18,189 bases of DNA from a bacterium. GTDB lineage: Bacteria > Hinthialibacterota > Hinthialibacteria > Hinthialibacterales > Hinthialibacteraceae. The DNA is taken from assembly GCA_041946805.1 (NCBI GenBank), contig JBHGBC010000124.1:1-18189 (forward strand), in the 5' to 3' direction. Shown here piece by piece: positions 16,073-18,189 of the stretch (positions are counted from its first letter, which is position 1; the number at the start of each line of letters is the position of its first letter). The position numbers were made by a program, and so were the translations under genes. The notes below the pieces were generated by a model that saw only the letters and a list, made by a program, of their open reading frames with translations, was not told the origin of the DNA and searched no databases.

Positions 16073-17810
16073 GATAGTCCGCGCAGGTCCGCAGGGCCGC
16101 CAGCAGGGGATCGCTCTCCCCCAGCGCCGCCCGCCGCCGGGCCGACTGCACTCCGGCGGTCCGCTGGGCGAGCGTGTCGCGAATCAAGTCACGCAGCGCA
16201 TGCTGGAAATCCCGCTTCACTTTCTCAAATTGGCCCAGGGGCAGATACTGAAACACGCTGGGCACGATCACCCAGCTTCCGAATCCGGGGATGGTCCACA
16301 CGTCCGCCAGCAGGATGAGCATCACCGCGAATACCATCAGGGGATCGTTCAGAATCGAAGACGACAGCGAATCCGACTCGATCAATTCCCGGCATTGGCG
16401 CTCGAAACGCCGCACCTGCTCGTCCAACGCTTCCCCCGGGACCCGGCAGGACGCGCCCGCCTGTGTTTTCAACTCCGGAATCAAATCCCACAGCCGCCGG
16501 GCGTCCGGATGGCCGCGCAGGATGTGGGAAACGTTTTCCCACCGGTCGGACAGGCGGGCCGCCACCTCGTGGCGCAGTTTTTCCCGATCCAGGTGGAGCA
16601 GTTGGGACACCACCTTGTCCCGGTTGTTCCCGAACGCGAGTTGGAAGTTCCGCTGCAACGCCCCGGTAACCGCCACCCGGCGCAGAAAATTATACAGATT
16701 GCTCACCGTAAAACGCTTCAGCCCCAGGTGTTCCAGCACCTGGCAGGCTTCCTCGCTCAAGATGCGGTTGAGGGGGATGGGCTTGTACCGGGTCACCGCC
16801 GCCTGGACCTCCTGGGAGACGCGCTCCTCCAGGTCCAGGAGAATTTGCGTCCGCCGCTCGTTTTCCTCCAGCAGCGAGCGGGCCAGCGCCGCCGCCCGGC
16901 CCGCCAGGGGACGCACCGGGGCATGATACGGCGCCGATTTCTGGATCAATTCCTTGAGGCGCAGGAACTCGGGCTCCCGCCGGAAAAATGTCCCCCCCTG
17001 GATGAGGGGCAGAACCTGGATCGTCTCGACACCGAAAAATTCCCGCGCCGCCAGCAGGTCGGGATGATTCAAGTCGATCCGGTCGCTGCCCCGGTTGTTC
17101 AGCACGCAGATCCGCCGCTGGTTCAGCTGCTTGGCCAGTTTCACCGGCGCTTCGTATCCCCGGTGGTACAGGGTTTCTTCGTCCACCACAAAAACCACCA
17201 GATCCAGCCAGGGCTGCAGCGCCAGGGCCACCAGATTTTCTTCCCAGGCCAGGGTGGTGTTGATATCCGGCAGATCGAAGATCACCAGATTTTCCCAGGC
17301 GGGATCGTTCCACGATACCCACCGCATGACGTCGGGCCGCCCTTTTTCCGCTTGCGCCTGGCCGCGGGACACGCTTTCCCGCTTGTAGGAGGGGAAGAAC
17401 AAGGGAGCCACGCGCCGTTCGAGATCCTGCAATTGCGAAAAGAAGCTGGACGGCCCCACCACCACCGGCCCCATGGTGTTGTGCGCCCGCCACCCGGTGA
17501 AACTCAAGTCCTCGCCCACCAGGCTGTTGCAGATCGTCGATTTCCCCGTTCCCGAACAGCCGATGAATCCCAAAAACGCGGGCCGGTTCTTGCCCAGGCG
17601 GTTGCGCAAGGCCGCCAGCGCCGCCAGATCCAGCAACGGTCCGGCGGTAGCGGTGTCAAACGACAAGGAGCGCAATGGCCCCGCGGACAACGCCAGGATT
17701 TCCAATGCCTGATGAATCGAATTGATCACCGCCATGCGCGTAGGTTCGTAGTCAAGATTATCGTATTTGGCCGAGGGGATGCCGGCCCATTCGTTTGGGT
17801 GGCTGGACAA
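16062..17810 (-). CDS. Dynamin/Era-like P-loop GTPase with C-terminal hydrophobic hairpin (up to 582 aa), partner A
   Basis: G1 GCSGTGKS, G2 HNT, G3 DLPD, degenerate G4 NNRG; hydrophobic LMVFAVMLILLADVWTIPGFGSWVIVPSVF; overlaps partner B by 11 bp. Start uncertain (TTG 17810 or ATG 17735). Confidence 0.85.
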   Translation of the reverse strand: MSSHPNEWAGIPSAKYDNLDYEPTRMAVINSIHQALEILALSAGPLRSLSFDTATAGPLLDLAALAALRNRLGKNRPAFLGFIGCSGTGKSTICNSLVGEDLSFTGWRAHNTMGPVVVGPSSFFSQLQDLERRVAPLFFPSYKRESVSRGQAQAEKGRPDVMRWVSWNDPAWENLVIFDLPDINTTLAWEENLVALALQPWLDLVVFVVDEETLYHRGYEAPVKLAKQLNQRRICVLNNRGSDRIDLNHPDLLAAREFFGVETIQVLPLIQGGTFFRREPEFLRLKELIQKSAPYHAPVRPLAGRAAALARSLLEENERRTQILLDLEERVSQEVQAAVTRYKPIPLNRILSEEACQVLEHLGLKRFTVSNLYNFLRRVAVTGALQRNFQLAFGNNRDKVVSQLLHLDREKLRHEVAARLSDRWENVSHILRGHPDARRLWDLIPELKTQAGASCRVPGEALDEQVRRFERQCRELIESDSLSSSILNDPLMVFAVMLILLADVWTIPGFGSWVIVPSVFQYLPLGQFEKVKRDFQHALRDLIRDTLAQRTAGVQSARRRAALGESDPLLAALRTCADYHED

Positions 17811-17915
17811 TCCCCTCCGGCCCCAACGCCATTATGTTAAGCCATAACCTCCCAAAAACCAAGAACCTATCCTTTCAGCCAAAGGGAGAGGGGAGGGATT
17901 GCGTCACGCTATTTT

Positions 17916-17935
17916 CCCAGGGCTGAAGCCCTGGG
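17916..17935. repeat. REP-like perfect hairpin
   Basis: CCCAGGGC-TGAA-GCCCTGGG; a GGGAGAGGGGAGGG half-repeat lies at 17884-17897. Confidence 0.6.
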
Positions 17936-18031
17936 CTAGTTTAAAAGCGCCGACGGCGTTTGAAAAATCCTGTATTTCGGTACTCCGTTCGATACCAAAT
18001 CACAACCGAACCTGGTCCTCGAAAATGTCGT

Positions 18032-18060
18032 CCTCGGCGTTCTTGGCGCCTTGGCGGTGA
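18032..18060 (-). repeat. Short tandem CGCCRAG repeat (x3)
   Basis: Minus strand TCAC-CGCCAAG-G-CGCCAAG-AA-CGCCGAG-G, period 8-9 nt. Confidence 0.55.
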
Positions 18061-18081
18061 TATTGTTGGAGAATCATGTCG

Positions 18082-18118
18082 AAAAAGAAAGGCCCTCGCC
18101 TTTCCGCACGAGGGCCTT
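18082..18118 (-). terminator. Intrinsic terminator of the gene entering from the right edge
   Basis: Minus strand AAGGCCCTCG-(10 nt)-CGAGGGCCTT followed by TCTTTTT, about 33 bp past the TAA at 18152-18154. Confidence 0.8.
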
Positions 18119-18151
18119 CCAACGATCCAATTGCCAATCCGTGAGAATCCG

Positions 18152-18189
18152 TTAGAACAAGGACCAATCGGCAACGCCGGTGGTACCTT
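18152..18189 (-). CDS. 3' end of a gene cut by the window edge, ending ...GTTGVADWSLF*
   Basis: Open frame from the window edge to TAA at 18152-18154, followed by a strong terminator. Only 11 full codons are visible. Confidence 0.6.
   Translation of the reverse strand, partial: GTTGVADWSLF

Noticed and set aside
666..17840. Long opposite-strand ORFs (666-2597, 5068-6579, 6595-8793, 8893-9987, 10341-11534, 11653-13239, 14261-15625, 16050-17840)
   Set aside because: Shadow frames of well-supported genes, expected from high-GC codon bias; no recognisable motifs.
17941..18174. 77-aa minus-strand ORF
   Set aside because: Crosses the terminator and tandem repeat, is Arg-rich, and overlaps the more credible gene end in another frame.

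Overview
GC-rich bacterial chromosomal window with about 12 complete genes and the 3' tip of a 13th. In order: a 92-aa orphan ORF bracketed by 64-bp direct repeats; a signal peptide + metallo-beta-lactamase-fold + D-2-hydroxyacid dehydrogenase fusion; an N-formylglutamate amidohydrolase-family gene; two Tat-signal Gfo/Idh/MocA oxidoreductases; ppk1; an SGNH hydrolase with a TPR-like insert; a TolC-family protein; a bifunctional PGI/PMI; a DUF5610-like gene behind a near-consensus sigma28 promoter; and a coupled pair of membrane-anchored dynamin/Era-like GTPases with atypical DxPD G3 motifs. The intergenic DNA holds several small repeat types and a 250-bp non-autonomous element with 22-bp imperfect terminal inverted repeats and an exact 8-bp target-site duplication. 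The best candidates for an uncharacterised system are the asymmetric GTPase pair and the apparently exported hydrolase-dehydrogenase fusion. No rRNA, tRNA, CRISPR array or transposase was seen. Family names come from motif recognition, not database searches.
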